Shown here: positions 28,249 to 38,088 of the stretch, piece by piece
Numbering within the stretch: the first letter of the stretch is position 1
How the letters are laid out: each line of letters opens with the position of its first letter
Origin: Candidatus Thermofontivivens primus
Lineage (GTDB): Bacteria; Sysuimicrobiota; Sysuimicrobiia; Sysuimicrobiales; Thermofontiviventaceae
Length of the DNA stretch: 64,000 nucleotides
Direction: 5' to 3'
Assembly: GCA_031458695.1 (NCBI GenBank)
Contig: JAVKJW010000003.1
Coordinates: forward strand, 73,105 to 137,104
Position numbers and translations under genes: made by a program
Notes under the pieces: generated by a model
Told to the model about the DNA's origin: nothing
Databases searched by the model: none
What the model saw: only the letters and a program-made list of their open reading frames with translations

Positions 28249-29751
28249 TCCCTGCTTATTCGTTTCGTCCACAGTCGAAGTCAGGTACTCCAAGAGGGTC
28301 CGGACCCCGAACCCAGTGCCGCTTCCCTTAGGCCAGTAAGGGCCTTTGGCCTCGTCGTGCTCCACGAAGGCAGGGCCAGCGATGTCCAGGTGGGCCCAGG
28401 GCTTCCCCCCCACGAACTCCCGCAGGAAGAGGGCCCCCTTTTGAGCTCCGGCGTAACGACCACCAGAGTTGCGGAGGTCAGCGATTTCGCTCTTCATGGG
28501 TTCAAAATACTCCTCGAAGAGGGGGAGCTGCCACACTTTCTCCCCAGCCCTGGAAGCAGCTTGGACCAGGCGGTCGATGAGCCGCTGGTCGTTCCCCATG
28601 ATCCCCGCACAAATCGGCCCCAGGGCGATGATACACGAGCCGGTGAGCGTGGCTAGGTCGATGATCTCCTCAGCTCCTTGCTGGACGGCGTAAGCAAGGG
28701 CATCGGCGAGGATCAGCCGCCCTTCGGCGTCGGTGTTGTTGATCTCGATGGTGTGGCCGTCCATGGCGCGCACGATGTCCCCGGGTTTCGTGGCCGTCCC
28801 GCTGGGGAGGTTCTCCACGGCAGGAGCAATACCGAGGACGTGGACAGGAGGTGCTAGGTCGGGGAGGGCGCTCATCGCAGCGATGACGGCAGCGGCGCCG
28901 GCCATATCCATCTTCATGGTCTCCATCCCCTCGGTGCTCTTGATGTCCAAGCCTCCACTATCGAAAGTAACACCCTTACCCACAAGAGCCACGGTGCGTT
29001 TTGCTTGGGGAGGAGTATACTCCATGACAATGAACCGAGGGGGCTGCGAGGACCCCTGCGCGACGGATAGGATAGCCCCCATGCCCATCTGGCGCATCTC
29101 CTCAGGCCCATAGATGGTGCAACGAATCCCTTTTTGGGTCGCTACCTCTCGGGCGATCTCAGCAAGCCGGGAGGGAGTCAGCTCGTTCGGTGGCTCGTTC
29201 ACCAAATCGCGGGCAAAGCAGGTGGCGCTAGCAAAGATCGCTGCCCTGCGGATGGCCGTGTTGACCTCCTCCCCGCGATCCGGGGTGGTTAGGAGTTCCA
29301 CCTTCTCCACCATTCCCTCTTCATCCGCCCGCTTGTACTTGCGGAACCGGTAGCTTCCCAGGATGGTCCCCTCAACCACAGCCTGGGCTTCTTCCTTGGC
29401 CGGGAAGCGGTCCAGGAGAGGCATCGCGATGTGGGCGAGGTGATGGCTCTGGGCGGTGTTCACGCCAATGGCGGCGGCCTGCCGGAGGTGATCAGTGGTC
29501 AGGCGGGAGGGGGATCCTAGTCCCACGAGCAATAACCTCCTTGGGGGGATGCGATCGTGGGTGTGAAAGAGGAGAGTACTCCTGCTCTTCCCTGTAAATC
29601 TCTCTTCCTGAACAACCTTCCTGAGGATTCCTCCGAGGGCTTGGTCTACCGTTGCGGCAGGGCCCACAAGGATCTCTCCCTCAGGAATCCCCAAGATCAA
29701 CAGGTCGCAGGGACAATTCTCGGGTGCAATGGTTGAGACGGTAAACTCCAC
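28231..29751 (-). CDS. pepA: Leucyl aminopeptidase (M17)
   Basis: LVGKGVTFDSGG, MKMDMAGAA, NTDAEGRLILAD, DLATLTG, WAHLDIAG; GTG 29751 with RBS AAAGGAGG. Confidence 0.96.
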   Translation of the reverse strand: MEFTVSTIAPENCPCDLLILGIPEGEILVGPAATVDQALGGILRKVVQEERFTGKSRSTLLFHTHDRIPPRRLLLVGLGSPSRLTTDHLRQAAAIGVNTAQSHHLAHIAMPLLDRFPAKEEAQAVVEGTILGSYRFRKYKRADEEGMVEKVELLTTPDRGEEVNTAIRRAAIFASATCFARDLVNEPPNELTPSRLAEIAREVATQKGIRCTIYGPEEMRQMGMGAILSVAQGSSQPPRFIVMEYTPPQAKRTVALVGKGVTFDSGGLDIKSTEGMETMKMDMAGAAAVIAAMSALPDLAPPVHVLGIAPAVENLPSGTATKPGDIVRAMDGHTIEINNTDAEGRLILADALAYAVQQGAEEIIDLATLTGSCIIALGPICAGIMGNDQRLIDRLVQAASRAGEKVWQLPLFEEYFEPMKSEIADLRNSGGRYAGAQKGALFLREFVGGKPWAHLDIAGPAFVEHDEAKGPYWPKGSGTGFGVRTLLEYLTSTVDETNKQGSGEHR

Positions 29752-29909
29752 GCGTGGCTCCTCCTTTCGTGATGTGCGCCCTCGCACTTGGTGCCAGATC
29801 GCCTTCCCCATTGTAAAGAGGGATGGCGCACGAGCGCAACCCCTCCCAAGGGAATCTCCCAAGGACGGCGAAAAAGGAAAGAACTGGTAGTGTCGACAGG
29901 AGGTTCTCC

Positions 29910-30767
29910 ATGAACATTGGCGCGAACCTGCTTCCTCTCGTTGGGAATGTCGTGAACCGGGAGGATCCTGATGGAGAGAGGCGGAGGCACCTTCAAGCCA
30001 TCCGCGCGCTCGTCCAGGACTATGGGTTAGGAACGATTGAGCTGACTGGGGACTTCCCGGCTATCTATCCCGAGGTGATGGATCGCCGCTTTTATGAAGA
30101 GATCGCAGGAATCCAAGAGGAGCTTGGGTTCAGGTGCACTGTCCACTTGCCCTTTCTCTGGCTTGATCTGGGGAGCCTCAACGAGGAGATCCGCAGGGCA
30201 AGCATCGCTTCCACTCTTGCAGTGGTGGAGGCCATGGCCCCTTTAACCGTAGCGATCTATGTGGCGCACCTGTGGGGGTTGTGGTCGAAGGCAGTTGTGG
30301 AGGAAATCCCGCCTGATGCGGAGCGTGCAGTGTACAAAGCGCTCATTGCGCAGGCCGCCCGGAGCATCGAGGAGCTCAAAAAGAAGATTCCCGCGGAGCA
30401 GTTGTGCATCGAGAATCTGACTCCCACGCCGCTCGACACGTTGCTGATGCTGGCCCGGTCCCAGGGGGTACGTCTCTGCCTCGATGTAGGCCATCTCGCC
30501 TCGCGGGGAGAGGATCCTGGGGAAGCAATCAGGGAGAGCCGCGACGTCCTCGCCCACGTCCACTTGCACGACGTCCTGCGCCGGCAACGGCACGATGGGA
30601 CCTGGGAGAACCGCGATCACCTGGGGTTGGGAAGAGGGGATGTCGATTACGCGAAGGTCCTCCAGGCCCTTCGCCAAGGGGGGTTTACGGGGGCAATTGT
30701 CCTGGAACACAGCTCGCGCGAGGATCTGGAAGCAAGCCTAGCAGTGCTCCGCGGCCACCTCCCCTGA
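29910..30767 (+). CDS. AP-endonuclease-2/xylose-isomerase-like TIM barrel (possibly CbiR-like)
   Basis: TVHLP..LDLGS, CIENL, CLDVGHL, HVHLHD, DHLGLG.G, IVLE; RBS AGGAGG. Confidence 0.75.
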   Translation: MNIGANLLPLVGNVVNREDPDGERRRHLQAIRALVQDYGLGTIELTGDFPAIYPEVMDRRFYEEIAGIQEELGFRCTVHLPFLWLDLGSLNEEIRRASIASTLAVVEAMAPLTVAIYVAHLWGLWSKAVVEEIPPDAERAVYKALIAQAARSIEELKKKIPAEQLCIENLTPTPLDTLLMLARSQGVRLCLDVGHLASRGEDPGEAIRESRDVLAHVHLHDVLRRQRHDGTWENRDHLGLGRGDVDYAKVLQALRQGGFTGAIVLEHSSREDLEASLAVLRGHLP

Positions 30768-30809
30768 GGTCCCTGGGGCCGTCTTTCATTCCGCCGCCTT
30801 GCTCACCTC

Positions 30810-31757
30810 CTATAAGACCTGTCCCACGCCAAGATCCTGGGCGCGATCATAGACGAGCTTCGCCGCAGTCACGTCCTCCAAGGCGATCCCTTGGGACTCG
30901 AACAAGGTGATCTCCTCAGAGGAACGGCGTCCCGGGGCGCGCCCGGCGACTACATCGGCGAGCTCAACGACCTCCTCCCAGTTGAGCTTCCCGGCGTTCG
31001 CGGCTGCGATAAGGTCTCCGGATTCGATGCGCGCCTGTTCCCTGGAGTCCACCACGACGATGTGGCTGCGGGAGACGGTCTCTATATCCACCTCCTGCTT
31101 GTGGGCCCAGTTGGACCCAATGGCGTTGATGTGGACGCCTGGCCGGAGCCAGCTCCCCCTGAGGACAGGCTGGGAGGCTGTTGTGGCTGTGATGAGGATA
31201 TCTCCTCCTTCCACAGCTTCCTCGGCGCTTTTGACAGCTTCCACCTGGACTCCCAGCGTCTGAACCATCTCCTCAGCGAACGCAGCGCACCGTTCAGGGT
31301 TCCGGCTGTAGGCTTTCACGAGCGCGATGGGGCGGACGGCACAGACACCTCTCAGCTGCGTCCTGGCCTGTTTTCCGGATCCAATGATCCCCACGGACCC
31401 GGACTCCGGCCGGCTCATGTACTTGGTGGCTACAGCGCTCGCCGCTCCTGTGCGCAGTTGCCCCAACAAGTCTGCCTCGATGACCGCCAGAAGTTCCCCA
31501 TCCTCGATGCGGTAGAGCAACACCACGAAGCGGGTACCCCGCGGAGTGGTGGCGTAAGACTTGAGGCCCATCACACCGAATTCTCGGATCCCCGCGGACA
31601 TGACGTGGAGGACTTCCTTCCCCAGGATCACCCGGTCCCGGGGACGGTTCACCGCTTTCCCTATGGCCAAGAGACGGAAAGCTTCTTCCAACGCGTGGAT
31701 AAGGTCTCCCATCGGAAGTAAGCGCTCCACGTCTTCTTCGCGTAGGTAGAGAGCCAT
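30810..31757 (-). CDS. Ornithine cyclodeaminase/mu-crystallin family protein
   Basis: LGQLRTGAASAVAT, IIGSGKQARTQ, HINAIGSN, ITLFESQGIALED. Confidence 0.93.
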   Translation of the reverse strand: MALYLREEDVERLLPMGDLIHALEEAFRLLAIGKAVNRPRDRVILGKEVLHVMSAGIREFGVMGLKSYATTPRGTRFVVLLYRIEDGELLAVIEADLLGQLRTGAASAVATKYMSRPESGSVGIIGSGKQARTQLRGVCAVRPIALVKAYSRNPERCAAFAEEMVQTLGVQVEAVKSAEEAVEGGDILITATTASQPVLRGSWLRPGVHINAIGSNWAHKQEVDIETVSRSHIVVVDSREQARIESGDLIAAANAGKLNWEEVVELADVVAGRAPGRRSSEEITLFESQGIALEDVTAAKLVYDRAQDLGVGQVL

Positions 31758-31810
31758 TCCCACCCCTCCCTTCGGTATGCTCCTTTTCAACAATCGTAGG
31801 CCCTAGCTGC

Positions 31811-32686
31811 TTAGCCCATGAGGGTCTGCACGAACTGCTCTAGCGACCGCTGGGATGGGGGGCCGGTTTTGGCCATATACTCCTGCCAAGCCGCGGTGAG
31901 AGCAAGAGCGGTTTCTTCCCGGAGCGCCTCCGTTGCCCTCTGGAGAGGGAGAGGAGGTTCCCACGGGGGGCCTTCGAGGTGGAAGGCGACCTGATCGCAG
32001 TAATCCATGCAGTCGTTCAGGAACGTTCGGGTCTGCTCTCCATCCAGGTCGGAGAGGGTGAACTTTTTTCTGGTCATGTCCTCGTACGCTCCTATGAGGA
32101 CCCCAGCCAGTGCAGCCAGTGCCGCGAGGGCACGGGTTCCCGACCATGTCGCCTGGATGCTCTGGGCAGCGCCAGGTGCCACGGACACCTCCAGGGCGAG
32201 ATGCTCCGTCCATCGGTTTACAACGCCGGCACACAGGGCTGCGGCACGATGGAGGGTTTCGGGGGGATTTTCCGTCTGGACCGCGCGACGGAGGATCCTC
32301 ACGGCTGCTGTTTTGGCTTTCTTGGAGATCTCTGGCGTCGCGATTCTCGGCATGAGGATATCCCGTTCGAACAGCCACTCCACCAGGAGTGGAAGGGATC
32401 CCGGTGAGCGGTAGCGGTCAGCCCTCTTGCGGACCTCTTCCACTAGGGAACGCTTGAGCTGGCTTCCCCAGCTTCCTGCGGCCTCCAGGAGGATCTGCAG
32501 GGGCAAGTAGACGAGGATGATCCAGGCAATAGCTGCGATGAACCATCGTTCGGCCAGCATCTCCAAGGTGGCGAGGACGAGGAGGGTGAGGGCAATCCCG
32601 GACAAGGTTGCTCCCAACAGCCACCGCCGCGCCGCTTTTCTTGCCTCCGGTGCCGCGAGCTGAGCGAGCCACAATCGCAGGAACAT
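31811..32686 (-). CDS. Hypothetical membrane protein (two N-terminal TM segments)
   Basis: 291-aa ORF filling the gap between neighbours; hydrophobic WLLGATLSGIALTLLVLATL and WFIAAIAWIILVYLPL. Confidence 0.7.
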   Translation of the reverse strand: MFLRLWLAQLAAPEARKAARRWLLGATLSGIALTLLVLATLEMLAERWFIAAIAWIILVYLPLQILLEAAGSWGSQLKRSLVEEVRKRADRYRSPGSLPLLVEWLFERDILMPRIATPEISKKAKTAAVRILRRAVQTENPPETLHRAAALCAGVVNRWTEHLALEVSVAPGAAQSIQATWSGTRALAALAALAGVLIGAYEDMTRKKFTLSDLDGEQTRTFLNDCMDYCDQVAFHLEGPPWEPPLPLQRATEALREETALALTAAWQEYMAKTGPPSQRSLEQFVQTLMG

Positions 32687-32750
32687 GGTGGGCTAAATTT
32701 CGACACAGGAAGCCCCCGTTCCTCGGGCGGTGAAGGAGGAAGAGGCCTGC

Positions 32751-34826
32751 ATGGCGTCGAAGAGTGGTAAACGTTTACCAACGATGGCCTTGGAGCGGAG
32801 CACGATCAGTGTTGTCCACTGGATGGTTTTCCCTGGTCCGGGGAGCACCCGATCCACGGCGCGAGGGGAAGCACCGGCAGAGTACGTCCTGAGGACCGTC
32901 GAGCAAGTCCTCAAGGATCCCGCGTTTGGGGCACTTGAGGTGACGCGCGTCAAGGACCCGAGGGTGCGCCGCCGCATCGCCGAGCTTGCTGCACAGCACG
33001 GGAAGACGCTGTACTTCGGCGCGCAGCCAGTCCAGCTCCTCAACGAGGAGCGGTGGATCCCCCCCACCGATCTCTCCAGCGCCAACGAGGTGGCCCGCCG
33101 GCAGGCCGTGGAGCGGATCCTGCGTTGCGTCGACGAGGCCTATGAGATCGGCGCCGCCCGCATCAGCCTCCTGAGCGGCCAGGACCCAGGGGAATCCCCC
33201 AGCAACCGCTTGCGACAGGAGGCCACGGAGGCTCTCGTTCGGTCGCTTGCCGAGATCTGCCGCTACGCCCGCGAACGCGCCGAGGAGCTTGGGCGGGAGC
33301 CCCTGATGGTCGTCCTGGAACTATTCGACCGCAGGCCTGAGCGAGGGTTCCACAACCAGCTCATCGGTCCTTCCACGGAAGCCTTGGCCGTGGCGCGTAT
33401 CGTCAGGGCGCACCTCGGGCACTACAACTTCGGTCTTCTCTATGACCTGGCCCACATGCCATTGATCCAGGGACCCGACGGTGCTCCCGAGACCCCCGAT
33501 GCCGTGCGCCTGCTCGCGCCGTTTCTGGTGCATGTCCACATCGGGGGTACTGTTCTCGATCCGGAAGACCCCCTTTACGGGGACAGTCATGTGCGCCTGG
33601 ATCACCCGAAGAGCGTCGTGAAGGAGGAAGAACTGGCTGGTTTTCTCGCCGCCCTCATGGACATCGGCTACACCGGCCCCATCGGCATTGAAGTTGTTCC
33701 TCGCCCGGGGGAGCTCTCTGAGGCAGTCCTGGAGAGCACCCGTGCCTTCCTTGAGGTAGCCCGTAACCGCACCGATGTGAACTACTCCCTCGGGACCTTT
33801 TACTGGCACACACGCCGGTTTTTCCCGGAGGCACTGTGGTTGCTGCTCACCGAGGCCCGCGTGCGTCAGTCCCAGCGCATTGACGAGGCTGCCAGGAACC
33901 GCCGGCGCCCGCAGGCGATCACCCCGCCAGATGGGAAGCTCTTGATCCTAGCGGCGGACCACCCGGCGAGAAGAGTCACGGCCGCCCTGGACGACCCTAC
34001 GGCCCTTGGAGATCGGATGGAGTACCTCGGTCGTGTCTTGCGCGTCCTCACGAGCCCCCTGGTGGACGGCGTGATGGCGACCCCCGACATTGTGGATGAC
34101 CTCCTCCTGGTGGACTACCTGCTGAAGGACGCGGGGCACGATGGGCTCCTGGATGGGCGGGTGGTGATCGGGTCGATGAACCGCTCCGGGCTCGCGGGTG
34201 TGGAGTACGAGATGGAGGACCGCATCACCGCCTTCACTCCAGAGGCGATCCACAACCGGGGCCTGGACGGCGGGAAGGCGCTCCTGCGCATCGACCCTGG
34301 ACGTTACTCGCGGTACTCCATCCAGACCATGTCCTACGTGGCCCAGGCGTTGAACGCGCTGCGGCGTTATGGCCTGGCGGCGTTCGTGGAGATCCTCCCG
34401 GTGGAGCGGGTAGAGGGCCGGTACAGGGTGGTCATGGAGCCGGATGAGATGATCCGGGCGGTGGGGGTGGCTTCTGGCCTCGGTGAAGCCTCGGACCGCA
34501 CGTGGATCAAGATCCCCTATGTCCGGGACTTCTGGCGCGTTGCCCGGGCCACAACGCTTCCCATCCTCCTCCTGGGAGGGGAGGCACAGGAGAATCCCAT
34601 TACCATCCTGGAGGACTTCGAACGGGGCATGGGGGAGGGACCGAACGTGCGCGGCGCCATGGTCGGCCGCAATGTGCTCTACCCAGGCAGGGATGACCCC
34701 CGTGCCGTCGCCGAAGCTATCAGCCTGATCGTCCACCAAGGTGCCTCCGCCAACGAGGCGGTACGTCATCTCGCCCGGAACCGTGGGGCTGAGGAAAGGT
34801 ACCTGGTGACACGCCTCCTCAGGTAG
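32751..34826 (+). CDS. Fusion: sugar isomerase/epimerase TIM barrel + Cgl0159-like class I aldolase barrel
   Basis: N-half metal motifs LELFD, YDLAHMP, HVHIG, GIEV; C-half LILAADHPAR, VDGVMATPDI, GSMNRSGL, GGKALLRID, WIKIPY (putative Schiff-base Lys), LLLGGE, GRNVLYP; RBS AAGGAGGA. Confidence 0.8.
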   Translation: MASKSGKRLPTMALERSTISVVHWMVFPGPGSTRSTARGEAPAEYVLRTVEQVLKDPAFGALEVTRVKDPRVRRRIAELAAQHGKTLYFGAQPVQLLNEERWIPPTDLSSANEVARRQAVERILRCVDEAYEIGAARISLLSGQDPGESPSNRLRQEATEALVRSLAEICRYARERAEELGREPLMVVLELFDRRPERGFHNQLIGPSTEALAVARIVRAHLGHYNFGLLYDLAHMPLIQGPDGAPETPDAVRLLAPFLVHVHIGGTVLDPEDPLYGDSHVRLDHPKSVVKEEELAGFLAALMDIGYTGPIGIEVVPRPGELSEAVLESTRAFLEVARNRTDVNYSLGTFYWHTRRFFPEALWLLLTEARVRQSQRIDEAARNRRRPQAITPPDGKLLILAADHPARRVTAALDDPTALGDRMEYLGRVLRVLTSPLVDGVMATPDIVDDLLLVDYLLKDAGHDGLLDGRVVIGSMNRSGLAGVEYEMEDRITAFTPEAIHNRGLDGGKALLRIDPGRYSRYSIQTMSYVAQALNALRRYGLAAFVEILPVERVEGRYRVVMEPDEMIRAVGVASGLGEASDRTWIKIPYVRDFWRVARATTLPILLLGGEAQENPITILEDFERGMGEGPNVRGAMVGRNVLYPGRDDPRAVAEAISLIVHQGASANEAVRHLARNRGAEERYLVTRLLR
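32765..32780. promoter_or_regulatory. LacI-type operator TGGTAAACGTTTACCA
   Basis: Perfect 16-bp palindrome with central CG; identical copy at 34896. Confidence 0.8.
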
Positions 34827-34895
34827 AGCGGAATTCCTCTCTCTCTGCGGAACAGTACAGGAGGATGAGCAAGGAAAGACGTCGAAGGGGAAGTT

Positions 34896-34911
34896 TGGTA
34901 AACGTTTACCA
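34896..34911. promoter_or_regulatory. LacI-type operator TGGTAAACGTTTACCA (probably autoregulatory)
   Basis: Perfect palindrome just upstream of the RBS of the LacI gene at 34926. Confidence 0.85.
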
Positions 34912-34925
34912 CAACGGAGGGGGAA

Positions 34926-35966
34926 GTGACGCCGACGATCCGGGACGTAGCAAGGAAGGCTGGCGTTTCCGTGGCCACGGTCTCCCGGGTAGTCAACGAG
35001 AGCGCCCACAAGGTCCGTGAGGAGACGCGCCAGCGCGTTCTGGAAGCGATCCAAGCGCTTGGCTACCAACCCAACGACGTCGCTCGAGGCCTCAAGAAAC
35101 GGACATCGCACACCATCGGTCTCATCGTCCCTGACATCAGCAACCCCTTCTACCCTGCCATCGCCCGCGGCATCGAGGACGTGGCCAACGCTCACGGGTA
35201 CGCGATTGTCCTCTGCAATACCTACGAGGACCTTGCCAAGGAGCGGGAGTACCTCTCTCTCCTTCGGAGACGATGGGTGGATGGCCTGATCTTCGCGACC
35301 TCCGGGGTCAACACCAAGCACCTCCAGTGGTTACGGGGTCACCGTGTCCCTGTGGTGCTCGTGGCCAGGGATGTCGAGGGGTTAGAGATCGACGCTGTGC
35401 TCGTGGACAATTTCCGGGGAGCCTACCTGGCCGTCCAGCACCTGATCGGGCTCGGCCACCGCAGGATCGGGTTCATTGGGGGCCCATCGACGCTGCACGT
35501 CTCTCAGGAGCGCCGGAGAGGGTACCTCCAGGCTCTTGACGACGCGGGCATCGCACCGGATCCTGCATACAGCGTGGAAGGGAACTTCCGCGCAGAGGGC
35601 GGGGATAGCGCGATGCAAAAGCTCTTGCAGCTTTCCCCTCCCCCGACCGCTGTGTTCGCTGCAAACGACCTGATGGCCATCGGGGCGATGAACGCCATCA
35701 AGAGAGTAGGCCTGCGCATCCCGGGAGACGTTGCTGTGGTGGGGTTCGACGACATTCCCTTCGCCTCCCTCGTAGAGCCGCGCCTCACAACCGTTGCCCA
35801 GCCGAAGTACAAGATGGGGGCCATGGCGATGACGCTGCTCTTGGAGCGCATCGAGGGGAAGGGGGATGGCCCTAGGAAGATTCTCCTAGAGCCGGAGCTC
35901 ATTGTGCGAGATTCGTGCGGGGCGCGCGAGAAGGAGGCGGAGGAAATCCCAGCTCCGCCGCCGTGA
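34926..35966 (+). CDS. LacI-family transcriptional regulator
   Basis: TIRDVARKAGVSVATVSRVVN, YQPNDVARGL, NDLMAIG, VVGFDD, LTTV. Confidence 0.96.
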   Translation: MTPTIRDVARKAGVSVATVSRVVNESAHKVREETRQRVLEAIQALGYQPNDVARGLKKRTSHTIGLIVPDISNPFYPAIARGIEDVANAHGYAIVLCNTYEDLAKEREYLSLLRRRWVDGLIFATSGVNTKHLQWLRGHRVPVVLVARDVEGLEIDAVLVDNFRGAYLAVQHLIGLGHRRIGFIGGPSTLHVSQERRRGYLQALDDAGIAPDPAYSVEGNFRAEGGDSAMQKLLQLSPPPTAVFAANDLMAIGAMNAIKRVGLRIPGDVAVVGFDDIPFASLVEPRLTTVAQPKYKMGAMAMTLLLERIEGKGDGPRKILLEPELIVRDSCGAREKEAEEIPAPPP

Positions 35967-36023
35967 TTCACCCTCAGTATTTTGATTGCGTTGACTGTGT
36001 AGACCGCGGAGGAGGGAGGTTCT

Positions 36024-37193
36024 ATGAAAGGACTGGTCTTGCATGCGGAATGGCAGCCCCGCCCTGGGTACGTGGTGAGCGAGTTTGAGCGGTCTACGGG
36101 GAAGGCAATCACTGGGAGTAGCGTCTGGCGGTACCCTAAGCTTAGCCTGGAGGACCTCCCAGAGCCTCGCCTGGGTCCCAAGGACGTCCTCATCCGCCCC
36201 AAGGCGTGTGGAATCTGCGGGTCTGACGTGCACTTCTACGAGACGGACGAGGAGGGGTACATGCTCTACCCCGGTCTCACGAAGTTCCCTGTGGTGATTG
36301 GCCACGAGTTCTCCGGGGAGGTCGTAGAGGTGGGTTCCGAGGTGCGGGACCTCCGTCCAGGGGACATGGTGACCTCGGAAGAGATGATCTGGTGCGGTGA
36401 GTGCACTCCCTGCCGCAACGGCTATCCCAACCAGTGCCTCAACCTCGAGGAGATCGGCTTCACCATCCCAGGCGCTCAGGCCGAGTACATCGTCGTGGGA
36501 GCCAAGTATTGCTGGAAGATCAACGACCTGGCAGAGCGATATGGGGATATTGACCGCGCCTACGAAGCAGGCGCCCTCTGCGAACCAACAAGTGTGGCCT
36601 ACAATGCTATGTTCACCCGCGCCGGGGGCTTCCGCCCAGGGGGGTATGTGGCGGTGTTCGGGACAGGGCCTATCGGCTTCGCCGCCATTGCCCTGGCCCG
36701 GGCTGCGGGAGCGGGGAAGATCATTGCCTTTGAGGTCTCCCCAGTTCGTCATGAGCTCGCCAGGAAGATCGGCGCCGACGAGGTGTACAACCCCGTGGAG
36801 CTGGAGAGGCAAGGAATCTCCCCGCGCCAGGTACTCCTGGAGAGCACGAAGGGGGAGGGGGTGGATATGCATGTGGAGGCAGCGGGTGCTCCTAGTCGTA
36901 CCATCCCAGAAATGGAGGCGACACTTGCCATTGGCGGCAAGATCGTGATGATCGGGAGGGCCTCGGAGCGGACGCCGATTTATCTCGAACACTTCCAGAC
37001 CCACGCCGCCCAGATTTACGGCGCGCAGGGGCACTCGGGCTACGGGAACTTCCCCTACGTGATCCGCCTCATGGCCTCCGGGAAGATCGACATGACCCAG
37101 ATTATCACCAGCAGGTTCCCTTTGGATCGCGCGGTGGAGGCCGTCCAGAAGGCCGCCCGGCGCGAGGACGGTAAGATCATGATCCGGCAGTGA
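36024..37193 (+). CDS. iolM: Scyllo-inosose 3-dehydrogenase (Zn-dependent MDR)
   Basis: N-terminus LHAEWQPRP...GSSVWRYP, CGICGSDVH, GYMLYPGLTKFPVVIGHEFSG, GAQGHSGYG, resembling Thermotoga IolM. Confidence 0.85.
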   Translation: MKGLVLHAEWQPRPGYVVSEFERSTGKAITGSSVWRYPKLSLEDLPEPRLGPKDVLIRPKACGICGSDVHFYETDEEGYMLYPGLTKFPVVIGHEFSGEVVEVGSEVRDLRPGDMVTSEEMIWCGECTPCRNGYPNQCLNLEEIGFTIPGAQAEYIVVGAKYCWKINDLAERYGDIDRAYEAGALCEPTSVAYNAMFTRAGGFRPGGYVAVFGTGPIGFAAIALARAAGAGKIIAFEVSPVRHELARKIGADEVYNPVELERQGISPRQVLLESTKGEGVDMHVEAAGAPSRTIPEMEATLAIGGKIVMIGRASERTPIYLEHFQTHAAQIYGAQGHSGYGNFPYVIRLMASGKIDMTQIITSRFPLDRAVEAVQKAARREDGKIMIRQ

Positions 37194-37202
37194 GATTCTT
37201 CC

Positions 37203-38030
37203 ATGCGGTTCGGGTTGAACGGGGCAACGACGGGGAAGGCCGACCTCCTCCTGGACATCCGCGTAGCTGCAGCAGCAGGGTACCAGTACCTTGAGATCCG
37301 AGATGTCAAGCTTGAATCCTACCTTCAACGTGGGGGGACTATCGAGGCGCTGGCCAGAACATTTGAGGAAGCGGGCGTACGCCCTTTGAGCGTGAACGCC
37401 CTGGAACGATCCACCCTGGGCACGCCTGAGACGCGGAAGACGGTCCTTGATCGCCTGAGGAGGTTCTGCGAATGGGCGGAAGGCCTCGATTGTCCGTACG
37501 TTGTGGCTGTGCCAAGTCCCCTGGAAGCTCCGATGGCCCGCGAGGAGGTCGTCACACAGTCCATGGAGGCGTTGCAACAGATAGCGGAGGTGGCGAAGGA
37601 GTACGGCGTCAAGGTGGGGTTCGAATTTCTTGGGTTCGCGAGCTGTTCTGTGAACACCCTGGAGCTCGCTGCGGAGATTGTGGACCGTGTGGGCGATCCC
37701 TCCCTTGGCCTCGTCATTGACACTTTCCACTTCTACGTGGGAGGGTCGTCGTGGAGCGCCCTTGAGACATTAGATCCCCAGAGGATCTTCATCGTCCACC
37801 TCGACGACGCAGAGGATCGGCCGCGCCATACGTTGACCGATGCGAATCGGGTTCTCCCTGGAGACGGGGTGATCCCCTTGCGTGACCTGGTCGGTCGCCT
37901 GGAGGCGCGCGGGTACCGTGGGCCTTACTCCATCGAGCTCTTCCGGCCGGAGTACTGGGAATGGGATCCGCTAGACCTTGCAGTAAAGGCCAGAGAGCGG
38001 ATGGAACAGCTCCTCCCGATTTCTCTTTAG
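37203..38030 (+). CDS. iolI: Inosose isomerase-like TIM barrel
   Basis: GLNGATT, YLEIR, SVNALE, YVVAVP, GFEFLGF..CSVNT, IDTFHFY, HLDDAED, RVLPGDG, SIELFRPEYW (B. subtilis IolI-like). Confidence 0.8.
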   Translation: MRFGLNGATTGKADLLLDIRVAAAAGYQYLEIRDVKLESYLQRGGTIEALARTFEEAGVRPLSVNALERSTLGTPETRKTVLDRLRRFCEWAEGLDCPYVVAVPSPLEAPMAREEVVTQSMEALQQIAEVAKEYGVKVGFEFLGFASCSVNTLELAAEIVDRVGDPSLGLVIDTFHFYVGGSSWSALETLDPQRIFIVHLDDAEDRPRHTLTDANRVLPGDGVIPLRDLVGRLEARGYRGPYSIELFRPEYWEWDPLDLAVKARERMEQLLPISL

Positions 38031-38070
38031 ACCGTGTAGACTGTGTAGACCGTGCAGACCGTGTAGACCA
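38028..38070. repeat. 9-bp tandem repeat TAGACCGTG (about 4.8 copies) starting at the iolI stop codon
   Basis: tagaccgtg-tagactgtg-tagaccgtg-cagaccgtg-tagacca. Confidence 0.85.
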
Positions 38071-38088
38071 AGGTAGGAGGGAGAGACA

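Noticed and set aside
26111..28250. Prophage or integrative element at tRNA-Cys
   Set aside because: No integrase, no phage genes and no duplicated tRNA 3' end seen.
35886..37730. 614-aa minus-strand ORF (likewise 43028-44872, 33948-35321, 46360-47658, 10417-11418)
   Set aside because: Antisense shadows of well-supported + strand genes; expected in GC-rich DNA; no recognisable motifs.
38028..38070. Possible CRISPR array
   Set aside because: Units are 9 bp and contiguous with no spacers; no cas genes in the window.
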